A DNA stretch of 63,641 bases, filler included, from Stramenopiles sp. TOSAG23-6 (taxonomy: Eukaryota), in assembly GCA_900128565.1 (NCBI GenBank). It is 8 parts of 8 records of this genome, joined end to end, with 100 filler letters (N's around TTAATTAATTAA, not from the genome) between each part and the next. Parts side by side here need not be neighbours in the genome. Positions count along the whole stretch, not along the records: positions 31,951 to 39,816 come from LT636507.1; positions 39,917 to 47,768 come from LT636508.1; positions 47,869 to 55,713 come from LT636510.1; 5 more parts are not named here. One strand, given 5' to 3'. The notes beneath the pieces are model-generated. The model saw nothing but the letters and a program-made list of their open reading frames with translations, ran no database searches and was not told where the DNA came from. Every line of letters begins with the position of its first letter. Within the stretch, counting starts at the first letter, position 1. Below are positions 36,677-47,926 of the stretch, piece after piece. A program made the translations under genes and the position numbers.

Positions 36677-39002
36677 ATGGAGTCCTCAGCACTATCTAAA
36701 CATTTCTACGATTTGGCCGAAGGCTTTGGTTTGTTTTTCTATGCAGTAATTCCTTCAGATCATGCATATACAAATGTAAAAGATGTACCAAACTACACTA
36801 CACGAGCAATACCATATTTCTTTGGTTTAATGTTGATTGAGTTATTGGTGTCTCGTTTTCGACGTCGTGAAGTTTATCGACTCAATGATGCAATCATGTC
36901 TGTTAACTTGGGTATATTACAACAAATGGGTAAAGTGTGGTGGGGTTGGTTAGCGATTACATCATATTTATGGATATGGGAAGATCATGCAATATATCGA
37001 GTTCCTCATGATTCATTAATTACTTGGTTTGGTTTATTTCTAACAGTAGATTTCGTGTATTATTGGTTCCATAGATTGGCTCATACGTATCACATTTTCT
37101 GGTCTGCGCATTCGGTGCATCATTCTGGGGAGGATTATAATTTAGCTACTGCACTACGTCAAGGCGTCCTACAACCCGTATTTTCATGGATATTACCATT
37201 ACCACTTGCTTTCTTCTTTCATCCAGCCATGTACATTGTACATAATTCTTTGAACACTTTGTATCAATTCTGTACGTTTTTTGTAATGTTTAATTTTTTT
37301 TAGTGAAAATTTAATTTTTTTTTTTGAAAATTTTGGACCTAACAAAAACAAATTTTAAATATGTTTAAACAAAAAATGGATACATACGGAAATGATTGGA
37401 AATTTAGGACCATTCGAATATGTCTTGAATACAGCTAGTCATCATAGGATGCATCATAGGCCTCCAGGAAATTGTAATTATGGTGGTGCACTCGTACGCT
37501 TCCATTATTCATTTTAATTTTTTTTTTAAACGAATTGTTTTTTTCATACGAAATTTTGTACCTAACAAAACAAAATTAAATTTTTTAAAAAATATTTTTA
37601 CACAATACTGATTATATGGGATAGAATGTTTGGTACATTTATCGAAGAAGATAAACAGCGATCATACTATGGATTATGTCGTCAGTATACAACATTTGAT
37701 GCTTGTACGTTTTGTTTTCATCAATTTCAAAAAAAAAAAATTTCAAAAAAAAAATTTCAAAAAAAAAAATTCAAAAAAAATTTCTAAAAAAAAAATTTTC
37801 AAAAACTTTTTTTTTTCTAAAAAACTTTTAAATTTTTGAAATATTCTTCAACAATATATGTGCTGCTAATGTGGAGCATCCAACTCGTGTTGCACAAAAT
37901 GTTGGTTATATATCATCTCAATCAAAACAAAACAAACAAAACAAACAAGAAAATCAAGCAAATAGTTTTGTACCATCTTTTGTACCATTACTTAATTTTT
38001 CAAAATTAAATCAATTTATAACAAAATTGTTTCGAAAAAGAGTTCGACATAAGACAATTTTTGATCCTGCTGGTCTTTTTAGACCATTTAAAAATCAACA
38101 AACACGATCAAATTTATGGAATTTACCAAAAATGGAAGCAGAACGTCCTAAATTAGATGGTGATATTGATGCAACAAAAAACACGAAAAATATTGAAAAT
38201 ATTGAAAATTCAAAAAATACAAAAAATACAAAAAAATCTTTAGATATGACAAAAAGTACAAAAAATGATATGAACCCTACTAAGCCTACTACTATTGATA
38301 CAAATATATCGTATATATATTCAAATACATTTCGTGTTTTGATGAAAATGTATATTTTTATACAATTTGTTACAATGGTTGTTACTTTTTATATAATTCT
38401 ACTTACACACAAAAATATGCAAACATCAAAAAAAGTTATTTGGACTTTATATATCTGTTTAAGTGTCTCTTCAATTGGTGTTTTATGTGATGGTATTGAA
38501 AGAAAAGGTATGTTTTTTTTTTCAACATGAATTTCTAATTTATTTTTTTTGAAATTTTTTTTTGAAATTTTTTTTTGAAATTTTTTTTTGATATGAAATT
38601 TTGAAATTTTGAAATTTTTTATCTTACAAAAAAAATCATTTTTTTGAAATATTTCTTCACAATTTAGGAAATTGTTGGAGAGAAACAATTCGACATTTTT
38701 TATTACTTATTTTTGTATATACAAAACATATTCAAATACCAAATTCGATACGTTCAATTCAATACAAAGATTTTGTACGTTTTCATTTCAATTTCGAATT
38801 TATTTATTTTTTCGTACGAAATTTTGTACCTAAGATATTTTTTTTTGTTAAATATTTTTTTACAATACATACTATACAATCTGAATTTCTATTATATACA
38901 ATTATTTGTATGAATATGAGTGCCTGGTTTTATGTAATGAATATTTGTGTTTCAAGCAAATTACAACAAAATCAAACAACAAATCAAAAAAAAATAAATT
39001 AA
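36677..39002 (+). CDS. AGMO: Alkylglycerol monooxygenase (fatty acid hydroxylase family); exons 36677-37271, 37378-37493, 37611-37704, 37860-38507, 38668-38774, 38871-39002
   Basis: YYWFHR, HSVHHSGEDYNLATALRQ; after splicing LYQFWIHTE, SHHRMHH, NYGGALIIWDRMFGTF. Confidence 0.85.
37272..37377 (+). other. Family intron, GT-AT, 106 nt
   Basis: TTC T|GTACGT ... TTTTGGACCTAAC ... CAAAAAAT|GG ATA CAT gives the conserved FWIH. Confidence 0.85.
37494..37610 (+). other. Family intron, GT-TG, 117 nt
   Basis: CTC|GTACGC ... GTACCTAAC ... CACAATACTG|ATT ATA TGG gives the conserved LIIWD. Confidence 0.75.
37705..37859 (+). other. Degenerate family intron, GT-AT, 155 nt
   Basis: T|GTACGT ... CAACAATATAT|GT; phase 1 match, giving TFDACAANVEH. 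The branch block is degenerate. Confidence 0.65.
38508..38667 (+). other. Family-like intron ending in AG, 160 nt
   Basis: AG|GTATGT ... GAAATATTTCTTCACAATTTAG|GA; the AG sits at the family acceptor position. Confidence 0.65.
38775..38870 (+). other. Family intron, GT-AT, 96 nt
   Basis: TTT|GTACGT ... CGTACGAAATTTTGTACCTAAG ... TACAATACAT|ACT. Confidence 0.7.
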
Positions 39003-39146
39003 AAGTTACAACAAAATCAAAAAATTAAATCAAAAAAAAAATATTTTTGTTGATGAATTATTTTAGTTAATAAAATAAAAATTATATTGTTTATATAATA
39101 TTCATGAAATCATTATTATATCAATCAGAAAGTAGTCAAATAGTTA

Positions 39147-39743
39147 TTAAAAATGTTTAGCAAGATATTTTTTTGCACTACTATTACCTAAATTAGCAGA
39201 TTTAGTATACCACTTTTTAGCTTCATTTTTGTCTTTAGCAACACCATAACCATCAAAATAACAATGGCCAAGCCATCTTTGTGCTTCACTATTACCTAAA
39301 TTAGCCGATTTAGTAAACCACTTGAAAGCTTCATTTCTGTCTCTAGCAACACCTTGACCATGATAATAGCACCAACCAAGTTGAAATTGTCCTTTACTAT
39401 TACCTAAATTATCAGATTTTGTATACCACTTGAAAGCTTCTTTGTAGTCTTTAGCAACACCAGTACCATTAAAATAGCATTTACCAATATAATATTGAGC
39501 ATAACTACAATCCTTATTATCCATAAACATCTTAAATGCTTTTTCATAATCCGTTTTATAACCATTCAAACCCCAATATGTACAATATGCAATAGCCATT
39601 GGAAAACCAGCAATAGCTGTAGATTCAATCATTCGTTTTCCATTCTTTTCATCAATAGTCTGAAAGTCATGACCCCAATATTTTGCATAACCAAGTTCAA
39701 ATAAATTCTGTGCACCTTTATTTTCTATCTTTTGACGTTTCAC
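39147..39743 (-). CDS. Sel1-like repeat protein, 5' end beyond the contig
   Basis: Repeated AQ..LG.CY..G.GVAKD..EAFKWY.KSA.LGN. Confidence 0.85.
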   Translation of the reverse strand: MKRQKIENKGAQNLFELGYAKYWGHDFQTIDEKNGKRMIESTAIAGFPMAIAYCTYWGLNGYKTDYEKAFKMFMDNKDCSYAQYYIGKCYFNGTGVAKDYKEAFKWYTKSDNLGNSKGQFQLGWCYYHGQGVARDRNEAFKWFTKSANLGNSEAQRWLGHCYFDGYGVAKDKNEAKKWYTKSANLGNSSAKKYLAKHF

Positions 39744-39971
39744 TACACTATTAGATGATGATGAACTTGATTTTCGTTTTTTTCCACTACTACTACTATT
39801 ACAACTACTATTTGATNNNNNNNNNNNNNNNNNNNNNNNNNNNNNNNNNNNNNNNNNNNNTTAATTAATTAANNNNNNNNNNNNNNNNNNNNNNNNNNNN
39901 NNNNNNNNNNNNNNNNAGGTACAAAATTTCGTACGAAAAAAAATTCGAATTTGAAAAAGAATAAAACATAC

Positions 39972-42363
39972 GTATAACTCGGCATGCAAGATTTCGTCTA
40001 TAATAACAATCTGCATCTCTCAAAGTTTGTTGATATACCATATATTCACGCCAATATTGAAAATACTCTGTAAATGTACGAAATCTCCAAACAACTTTTA
40101 CATGACGTTTTCTATATCTATGAAGGGTTTTTCTGTGGGCATGTATTTTGGAAAAATATTTCAAAAAAAAATCTAAAATGTTTTGTTAGGTACAAAATTT
40201 CGTACGAAATTCAAATTTTCAAAAAAATAAAACATACATGCTCTCGGAGTTTTTTTAATCCAAATTGTTTTCCAAAGTTTCGTCTATTCATCCGACCAAA
40301 CAATAATGCCCACGCATCAAAACATTTTTCATATAATCTTGTAGTATACCTATTTTTCGCGAGAGGTTCTAAATAAGTATAATATTCCCGATGACCTTTG
40401 GAGAATCGCCGAAATTTCCTTGACGCGCGTTTGAGTTGCCAATATCGATGAAAATCTAGGCTTAATATTTCAATCTTTCGATGTGCAATCACTTCTTTTG
40501 TAAAATTTAACCATTTTACAAAACTGGTCATTCCTAAACGAAGTCTGAAGTATATATCTGCTTCAATAGTTTGACGCCGATTTTTTTGAATTTCATTAAT
40601 ATTATCTACCCATTGATGAAAGCAATGATCTCTCAAAAAATGCTGATATTTTAACACTGCTAATTTAATCTGTTTCTGATCAAAAGTTGACTCTTTAAAT
40701 ATGTGAAATGCCCAATATTTTAATTTTCGATGACGCATGTTATCCGCCATGACACACCACTCAGCATACTCTCTTCGAGAAACTGCGATTTTTAACCATT
40801 TTACTAGACTTATCGTTTTGACTTTATGCTTGTAAAATGCTACTGCGTTTTCATACAACATTATTTCTCTATCTTCTTCTTCTTTTCTAATTCTTTCTTT
40901 TTCTAAATCTACATTTCGTTTCCACTTTTCCTGCTTTACGTTGTGAATCAGTGTCTGGAATGTTTTTGTCATCAATTTTAGACGACATCTACGGGCAAAT
41001 GGATACATCAATCGCCAAAATAAAAATGTTTGCCTGGTTTTGTTTAGTTTAGAAAGATTTTGCAAAGTTGTAATGCATTTCCTTTCCCTGATTGAGGCCT
41101 TTGCAAACCAAAACCAAACAAATAAAATTCGTTTCACTACTCTTCTTCTTTTCGCATTCCAACAATACCTGGTTTCATTTATTTGTTGATTAACATAACC
41201 CAAAGCTACATGTATTTTGGAAAAATAAAATTCTACATTGAAAAAAAAATCATTAGGTACAAAATTTCGTAAGAAAAAAAAATTGGAATTTGAAAAAAAA
41301 TAAAACATCCATCCTCTAAAGTCCCAGTATTTTTTGATACGTGCCTTTTGTTTATTCCAGTATAATTTCCGCGGTATAGTTTCCAACGACGTAATCTAGT
41401 TTGAAGAGATCTTAACATATTGACAGCATTTGCATCAGAGCCTCTACATTTTAATGACATCATATTATCATCTATAAATTCTAATCTTGGGTCGCATCTT
41501 GATCGTATAATTTGACTTACATCTGAAAAATCTTTTTCATGTGTTATTCTTTCTTCATATCTTTTCCTTTCAAAGTAGTAATACTTATCATTATTTTCTT
41601 CTAGAGGGCTGGTACTTGGCAAATTTGAAATTGAATCTGTACCAAATTTTGTACCTGACGAAATTCGAATTTGCTGACTATCGCCCTCACTATTTGTTTC
41701 ATCATAAGGATGCCTTGAAGGTGATACTGGTATTGGAGATGATGACCTTGGCACAATTTGTTCTAAAGATTTTTTCAAATGTACTGGTATTGGGGGTTCT
41801 AAAGATTCTCTCGAATTTAATGGTATTGGAGATGATGACCTTGGCACAATTTGTTCTAAAGATTCTTTCAAATTTAAAACAGACGATATAATCGGTGCAA
41901 TTGGATTGTTTGGTGGCGTATTTGGTGGTGGAGGAGGCCTATGTATTCCTCTGATATTTTTACTACTGACTGATAGTTCTCGAATATTATTTGATATTTT
42001 GATTGCTACTTTTTTGGATTCTTTGGCTGTAGATGTGTTGCCCAAGGAAGAATCTCTTTTCCTTAAAACTTTTTCTGGAGTTAATAAAATCGATGATGGT
42101 TTCTTTATACCTATAGCTTTCGTAGAAACAGTAAGGTTTGTTGGTACTTCAGGGGCCAAAAAGGATTTATTCCGCAGTATTTTTCTCATCTTTGCTTCTA
42201 TAATGTCACTTTCAATTGCCAGTGCTTTTGGCGTTCTCAACGGAGTTCTTACCGTTGGAGTCTTTGATGATACTGCACTTCTCCCACTAGATTCAGTTTT
42301 ATTAAAGACATCAGTTTTCTCTATCTCATTCAACTCTGCGTCACTTTCTTTCAAAGTACTCAT
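39972..42363 (-). CDS. Sfi1-like repeat protein; exons 42363-41311, 41209-40238, 40140-39972; 3'-truncated
   Basis: Low-complexity N-terminus followed by periodic A..Y/F......F..W repeats; three ORFs joined by family introns. Confidence 0.6.
40141..40237 (-). other. Family intron, GT-AT, 97 nt
   Basis: CAT|GTATGT ... CGTACGAAATTTTGTACCTAAC ... CCAAAATACAT|GCC; phase 0 on both sides. Confidence 0.8.
41210..41310 (-). other. Family intron with apparent GG donor (GG-AT), 101 nt
   Basis: GAT|GGATGTTTTATTTTTTTTCAAATT ... TACGAAATTTTGTACCTAAT ... CCAAAATACAT|GTA; phase 0 on both sides. Confidence 0.6.
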
Positions 42364-42452
42364 CTCACTAGCGAGTACTTTTTATTTTAGTGTAGTAAAC
42401 CTTGAAAAACCACAACGCACACGAACGAATTTTTGGATATTTTTTTTTATAT

Positions 42453-45400
42453 CCCTCAAACTCATAAATTAATCTGAAACGATTTTTTTTCGATTTTTTT
42501 TCGATTTTTTTGGCGAAAATTTTAATTGACACATGTCAAAGAAGATAAACATACTTAATTAATACATAACATACGCATACACATCGCGCGGATTCACTCT
42601 TAATTTGTTTTCTCATCAAACTTATTTTTCTATTATTATTACTGGTAAATTACCCAATAACCTTGCTTGGAACAATGCCAAGAAACAAGAGACCAAGGAA
42701 TAAAAGCTCTCCCCCGAAAACTCCTAGCAGAAAACCGACGTGTGCAAGCGTCTCCCAATGCAGTTCATCTACTTCACTGCGAGAACCGTCGTCGATAAAT
42801 ATTGATATGGATTCATACTACAACCTTTCTTGTTCAGAGGACGAGGCAGATATAGACGAGTTTGATTCATCTCAAGAGGATGATTATATCCATATCAGTG
42901 CAAACGAGCCAGACATCCATCAGGAAGCAGCAAGCAGTATCCACAGTCGTCGCTATGGAGATGAAGCCGTTGATAGATGTGTAGATGGTACACGGATGTA
43001 TGATATTGGAGATCCAGTATTAGCTCAATGGGAAGAAGAATGGCTTCATGCTACAATTAGTGGATTAGCACTTGTAGATGGAAACTCGTATTACGATGTT
43101 CTTTGGTCAAATGGTCAAGAAAGTCTTGAATTACCATCAAGTCAAATAAGACTTCTTGATCAGATCTTAACAATGAATTTGCCAGATGAAGACAGTGAGG
43201 ACGAAGATTATCAAGAGCAAACTGAAGATCAGAATGAGCTGGTAAAGGATGCTGAATGTCTGGAAGAAGTTAACCAAAAGGAAGACTTTTCTGCTGAAAA
43301 GATAAAAGTACCGCAATTGGCGTCTTCAAATATTCCTGTTTGTAAAGTACCAGAAGGTAGCTGGTGGTTGAAAGTCGACGTCGAAATAACGGGTGGCGCA
43401 AAATCTGTTTGTCGTGTGATAGCTTTAGCTTCTGTTGTGCTAGATTCAACAGGTGCACAGGTAGGAGAACCATTTGAGAAATTAATTTATTGTGATGAGG
43501 AAATCCAACCTATTAATGAAAGCATAACAAAACTGACGAAGATATGTCCTGCACCTCCGGGATATAGGAGTATTAAAAATGCGGATAGAGCGGATGTTGT
43601 ATTTAAACAATGGATTGATTGGATGCTTGGTCTAATGTCAGAGCATAAACCTACCAGTATGAGTATTGTTGCGTATAATGGAAAGGCATGCGACTTTAGA
43701 ATGATCGAGTTGGAGTTGGCAAGAGCTAGCCTAGATCTGCCGCTATGTTATGACAATTCTGATGAGAGTGAAGTGTCTCCAGAATCGATTCGCGGTAGCT
43801 CAAAGCGTAGTCTCTCTACTAGTACACGCTCAAAGTCATCTATTGAATGGTTTTACCTTGATGCAAAACCAATTGCTTCTGTATGCAAAGAGTTTATGAA
43901 TGCATCTGTGGAAGATTGGCCGGAGAGAGGTCAAAAGAGAGGTATGCCTTCAATGACTATCAAAAATATTGCAAAATATATTATCAAGACACGTGATATA
44001 TATAAAGGAGATTCTTATTACACAATCTGTGGTGTAGAACATGATGCTATGGCTGATACAAAAGCGCTTCAAGTAGCATTTACTGATGCAAATACAATCT
44101 GGAAACGTCGGTTCAACAAGGTGGCTCAAAGACGACATGAGTGGCAGCATTATGCAAGTGAAATGATGGTGTATATTAATCACATTTTGAAAGATCCTCT
44201 TCCATCTGCATGGCAAGAGTTCCCCCGTGGTAGTGCCCCAAAAATGATGTCTGCTGACGCTGCAAAAGATGCAATATTGAAGAAAATCACAACACCAAAG
44301 GCAATTGAAGAAGCTGAAGCTCAAGCAGATCAAGAGAGACGACGTGGACGTTCACGTAGTGATCGCGCTGCAGCACGAGCAACACAAGAAAATGATTCTA
44401 GTGATGAATCCGAGGTTAACCCAGATGCTGTTGGCGATGATGAAGCTCGTGCAGCTGCTGAACCGGCATTTACTCCACAACGTGGTTGTCAAGAAAATGG
44501 TGGTGTATCACATGAATTCAAACGAGCTCTTGGTATTGTAACTGGTGTTAGTGCCGCTGCAATCTTAGATCCTACTCTTTTAATGGTAGCCATATTCGTC
44601 TATTTCTTTACAGATGCTCTCTTGCAGGTTATTGCCGATGCAACCAACTCAAAAGCACAGGAGAAAGTGGTTAAAGTAAAAGAAAATGGTAAGTGGATAC
44701 ATCGTAAAAGAAAAGCTTCAGATAGAAGCAATCTTACAGAGAAACCCCGCAGTAAACTTCTTGTTGATAACCCTGTCACTGCGAATGAAATAGGAGTCAT
44801 TCTTGGCTTTCGCATACTTATGGGCGCCCTTCCAAGAAAGAATGTACGACACTATTGGAATACAAAAATAAAGGATATGAAAGTAAAAGCAATCAGTGAA
44901 GTGATGACAGTCAATAGATACCTTGCTGTTATGTCAAATCTATCATTTATGAATGTAGGAGATGATAATTACTTGAATGATCCACTACGAAAATTGCGCA
45001 AAGTAAATGATTATCTACGGGAAAGATGTTCGAAAGCATATGATGTATGCCAATTATTTGCTGTTGATGAATCACGAATTGCATTATTTTCCAGGTATTG
45101 TCCATTCATATGGCGTATGACATGCAAACCCGTCAAGTGTGGCTGCACTATATACTGTCTTGTGTTTAGTCGAACAACATACTTATATAATTGGAGCTGG
45201 TGGCTTGGAAAATCAAAGAAAACATCAGGTCAACCAACGGATCTTGGTCTTCTCGATGAAGATAATGACACAGAAGTTGGGGGTGTTATTGGAAGATTGA
45301 GTAAACTAATTACAGAAGCATTTGATGGAACAGGCGCTGTTGGTTTCTTTGACAAAGCTTTTACATCAATAAAGCTTGTTCGTTCCTTGAATGAACGGGG

Positions 45401-46864
45401 TATTCATACTGTTGGAATGATGCGTGCACATCGTCCGAAGAAGGCAAAGAGAGGATGGGCTGAATATTGGCCTTTTCGTAAATATGGTGACCAAGATGCA
45501 GGACGTCATGAAAAAGGGTACTCACGCACGGCATATACATTGCTTGGCTCTGGCGATTGGCTTTGTGCAGAGACATGGCGCGATAACCGGTGGGTTACAT
45601 TTGTGTATACAACTTATCATGGGGTTGTAAGCAATGTGAAACGATGGACAAGTTCAGTAAAGGCTAGAGTTGATCGTGTTTGCTCTTTTGCTTTAGAAAT
45701 GTATCAGAAGAATATGGGGGGCGTTGATCACTTGGATGCATACATTGCGGCGTCATTGATAAAAATGGGTCACTGCTCACGGCGATATCATCGGCAACTG
45801 TTTCACTGGCTACTCGCAGCAATGGTGAATAATACACGTGTCATTTTTGTTGAACTCTACCCAAACATTGAAAAGTTAAAGAAGGAACAACATAACTTTG
45901 GCTTTGCATCATGGTTTCAACAAGAACTTGGTAGAGCGGTCATAAAGCATTTTGTGCAGAAGGCGAAAGATGAGTTAGGGACGCCAGCAACACGCTTTAG
46001 GGAAGGTACACAACCAGGTTTTATGAAGAAATCAACTGGGCGAAGGCGAAAGCCAACAAAACGTGAGATAATGAAGGATTTCACACCGGTGCGACCAGTA
46101 CCAAACCGTCACAAGCGTGTTCAGGCTAAAGAAATTGTGGTAAAAGTAAATGACGATGGTACTGAGGAACATCTAGCGAGCAGAGGTCGTTGTGCTGCAT
46201 GTTATGCTTTAGCTAAGCGGGAAAACAAGATGGGTGAAACAACGAATATGCCAAATGGGTCATCCATACCCCGGCCCTATTATGCTTGCAGTAAGTGTAA
46301 AGTTCATTTATGTGAAAAATGTTTTAATGACAGTTGGAATCATAAAGATGTCATACCACATCTTCCTACACCTAGAAATGTAATATTTGGTGATTGAATA
46401 AATGATTTTGAATGACTTTCCAGTTGTTTTACTAAATTATTGTTGTTACATCACTCCATCAGCATGTGCCGTCACCGTTGACATGTCAATATTCATAATT
46501 TTTCCATTTTCTCCATTTAAATAGCTTTCTATCCACCCAATGACTTATATACATACTCTAATTCACTATTCTATGTGTTGGATTCATTTTGACCGTATCT
46601 TATACATTTTATATGTTTTATGTTCATTTATGACATATTATACATTAATGAACATTAATGTATAGTTTTCAAAAATTATTTTTTTTCTATTGAAAAATTT
46701 AGACTTTATAATGTGCATAATTCAACTGTTCGATACAATGACCTTCTAGAGCACAACCATATGGTCATTTCCACCAAAAATATTGATGATAGCTCAATTA
46801 TTGATGAATTGGTCATTCAGTGAGTTTTACAGTACCGGATTTAGTACCGGCGTGAGTTTGGCGG
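42453..46864 (+). mobile_element. piggyBac-like DNA transposon, 4412 bp, ATAT target-site duplication
   Basis: ATAT(42449-52)-CCCTCAAACTCA ... TGAGTTTGGCGG-ATAT(46865-68): 12-bp TIRs matching at 10/12; contains an intact transposase ORF. Confidence 0.8.
42663..46397 (+). CDS. piggyBac-family transposase with N-terminal Tudor-like and DEDDh exonuclease domains and a C-terminal Cys-rich domain
   Basis: DDD core: FAVDES, FFDKAFTS, YQKNMGGVDHLD. Exonuclease: VDVEITG, VAYNGKACDF, HDAMADT. Tudor-like: IGDPVLAQW..WLHATI. C-terminus: RCAAC..CSKCKVHLC..CF. First ATG at 42675. Confidence 0.88.
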   Translation: MLGTMPRNKRPRNKSSPPKTPSRKPTCASVSQCSSSTSLREPSSINIDMDSYYNLSCSEDEADIDEFDSSQEDDYIHISANEPDIHQEAASSIHSRRYGDEAVDRCVDGTRMYDIGDPVLAQWEEEWLHATISGLALVDGNSYYDVLWSNGQESLELPSSQIRLLDQILTMNLPDEDSEDEDYQEQTEDQNELVKDAECLEEVNQKEDFSAEKIKVPQLASSNIPVCKVPEGSWWLKVDVEITGGAKSVCRVIALASVVLDSTGAQVGEPFEKLIYCDEEIQPINESITKLTKICPAPPGYRSIKNADRADVVFKQWIDWMLGLMSEHKPTSMSIVAYNGKACDFRMIELELARASLDLPLCYDNSDESEVSPESIRGSSKRSLSTSTRSKSSIEWFYLDAKPIASVCKEFMNASVEDWPERGQKRGMPSMTIKNIAKYIIKTRDIYKGDSYYTICGVEHDAMADTKALQVAFTDANTIWKRRFNKVAQRRHEWQHYASEMMVYINHILKDPLPSAWQEFPRGSAPKMMSADAAKDAILKKITTPKAIEEAEAQADQERRRGRSRSDRAAARATQENDSSDESEVNPDAVGDDEARAAAEPAFTPQRGCQENGGVSHEFKRALGIVTGVSAAAILDPTLLMVAIFVYFFTDALLQVIADATNSKAQEKVVKVKENGKWIHRKRKASDRSNLTEKPRSKLLVDNPVTANEIGVILGFRILMGALPRKNVRHYWNTKIKDMKVKAISEVMTVNRYLAVMSNLSFMNVGDDNYLNDPLRKLRKVNDYLRERCSKAYDVCQLFAVDESRIALFSRYCPFIWRMTCKPVKCGCTIYCLVFSRTTYLYNWSWWLGKSKKTSGQPTDLGLLDEDNDTEVGGVIGRLSKLITEAFDGTGAVGFFDKAFTSIKLVRSLNERGIHTVGMMRAHRPKKAKRGWAEYWPFRKYGDQDAGRHEKGYSRTAYTLLGSGDWLCAETWRDNRWVTFVYTTYHGVVSNVKRWTSSVKARVDRVCSFALEMYQKNMGGVDHLDAYIAASLIKMGHCSRRYHRQLFHWLLAAMVNNTRVIFVELYPNIEKLKKEQHNFGFASWFQQELGRAVIKHFVQKAKDELGTPATRFREGTQPGFMKKSTGRRRKPTKREIMKDFTPVRPVPNRHKRVQAKEIVVKVNDDGTEEHLASRGRCAACYALAKRENKMGETTNMPNGSSIPRPYYACSKCKVHLCEKCFNDSWNHKDVIPHLPTPRNVIFGD

Positions 46865-47031
46865 ATATCATTCGACCGTTACATTTTTGAAAATATAGTT
46901 GATGTACCTATCCAATAATATACGTAGTATATCTAATCCCAGAAGATTTTCGGATTTCAAAGAAACAAAGCTAATCTCTAAAAGCCTACGTTTAGTACGA
47001 CGAAAAATAATTTCAACTATCGCAAGCCATA

Positions 47032-47439
47032 ATGGGTAGAAAAGTAGCAGAAATCAGCTTGACACCCATCAAAGATGAAGCCGACTGGCAAAAGATGTTA
47101 GACGACAGCACCAGTAAAGTAGTTGTGGTAGATGTCTATCAGGATTGGTGTGGACCGTGTGAGGTATTAAACCCTGTATGGAGTGCCATTTCATTAGAAT
47201 TTGATGATTTTAAAAATATCGGCTCATTTAGATCCATTGAATCAGGTTCGGTTGAACCATTAAGCGAGTTTACAGGTGAGGAGAGCACCTGCCGCCCGCT
47301 ATTTCTCATTTTCAGAAACAGAAACCTTGTGAAACGAGTATATGGTTGTAACGCTCCTCACCTTAAAACGATTATTATGGATACTATACAAACGACGGGT
47401 TTATTGAAAGAAGTAGAAGAGACAGAAAATAGTAGTTAA
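47032..47439 (+). CDS. Thioredoxin-domain protein (dynein light chain/NME8-type thioredoxin-like)
   Basis: VVDVYQDWCGPC, CRPLFLIF, GCNAP. Confidence 0.8.
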   Translation: MGRKVAEISLTPIKDEADWQKMLDDSTSKVVVVDVYQDWCGPCEVLNPVWSAISLEFDDFKNIGSFRSIESGSVEPLSEFTGEESTCRPLFLIFRNRNLVKRVYGCNAPHLKTIIMDTIQTTGLLKEVEETENSS

Positions 47440-47926
47440 TTGTGAGAGATTTGTCGTAGAATTCGTTTCAAATTCTTGTATATGAAATATTGTTTCTTTT
47501 AAATTTATGTATAAAAAGGAGAAAGTATTTCGAAAATATTATTTGAATATATTTGTTTATTAGTTTAAATATTATTTGAATATATTTGTTTTCATTGAAG
47601 CACTACACAAATTATTAAACTCTGTATCAAAAGAGTCCAACCAGGTTCGATCTAACACTGGAGCTTTCATAAAATTCTTTTCTGGGGACGTTTCGGTTTC
47701 AACTTTTATTGTCAATGTATTTTGGAAAAATATTTCAAAAAAAATCTAAAAAAATTTGTTAGGTACAANNNNNNNNNNNNNNNNNNNNNNNNNNNNNNNN
47801 NNNNNNNNNNNNTTAATTAATTAANNNNNNNNNNNNNNNNNNNNNNNNNNNNNNNNNNNNNNNNNNNNATTTTGTACCTAACAAATTTTAGTTTTTTTTT
47901 TTTTGAAATATTTTTCCAAAATATAT

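Noticed and set aside
42453-46864. piggyBac element as the mobiliser of the intron family
   Set aside because: Its termini (CCCTCAAACTCA) and 4-bp target share no visible similarity with the intron ends.
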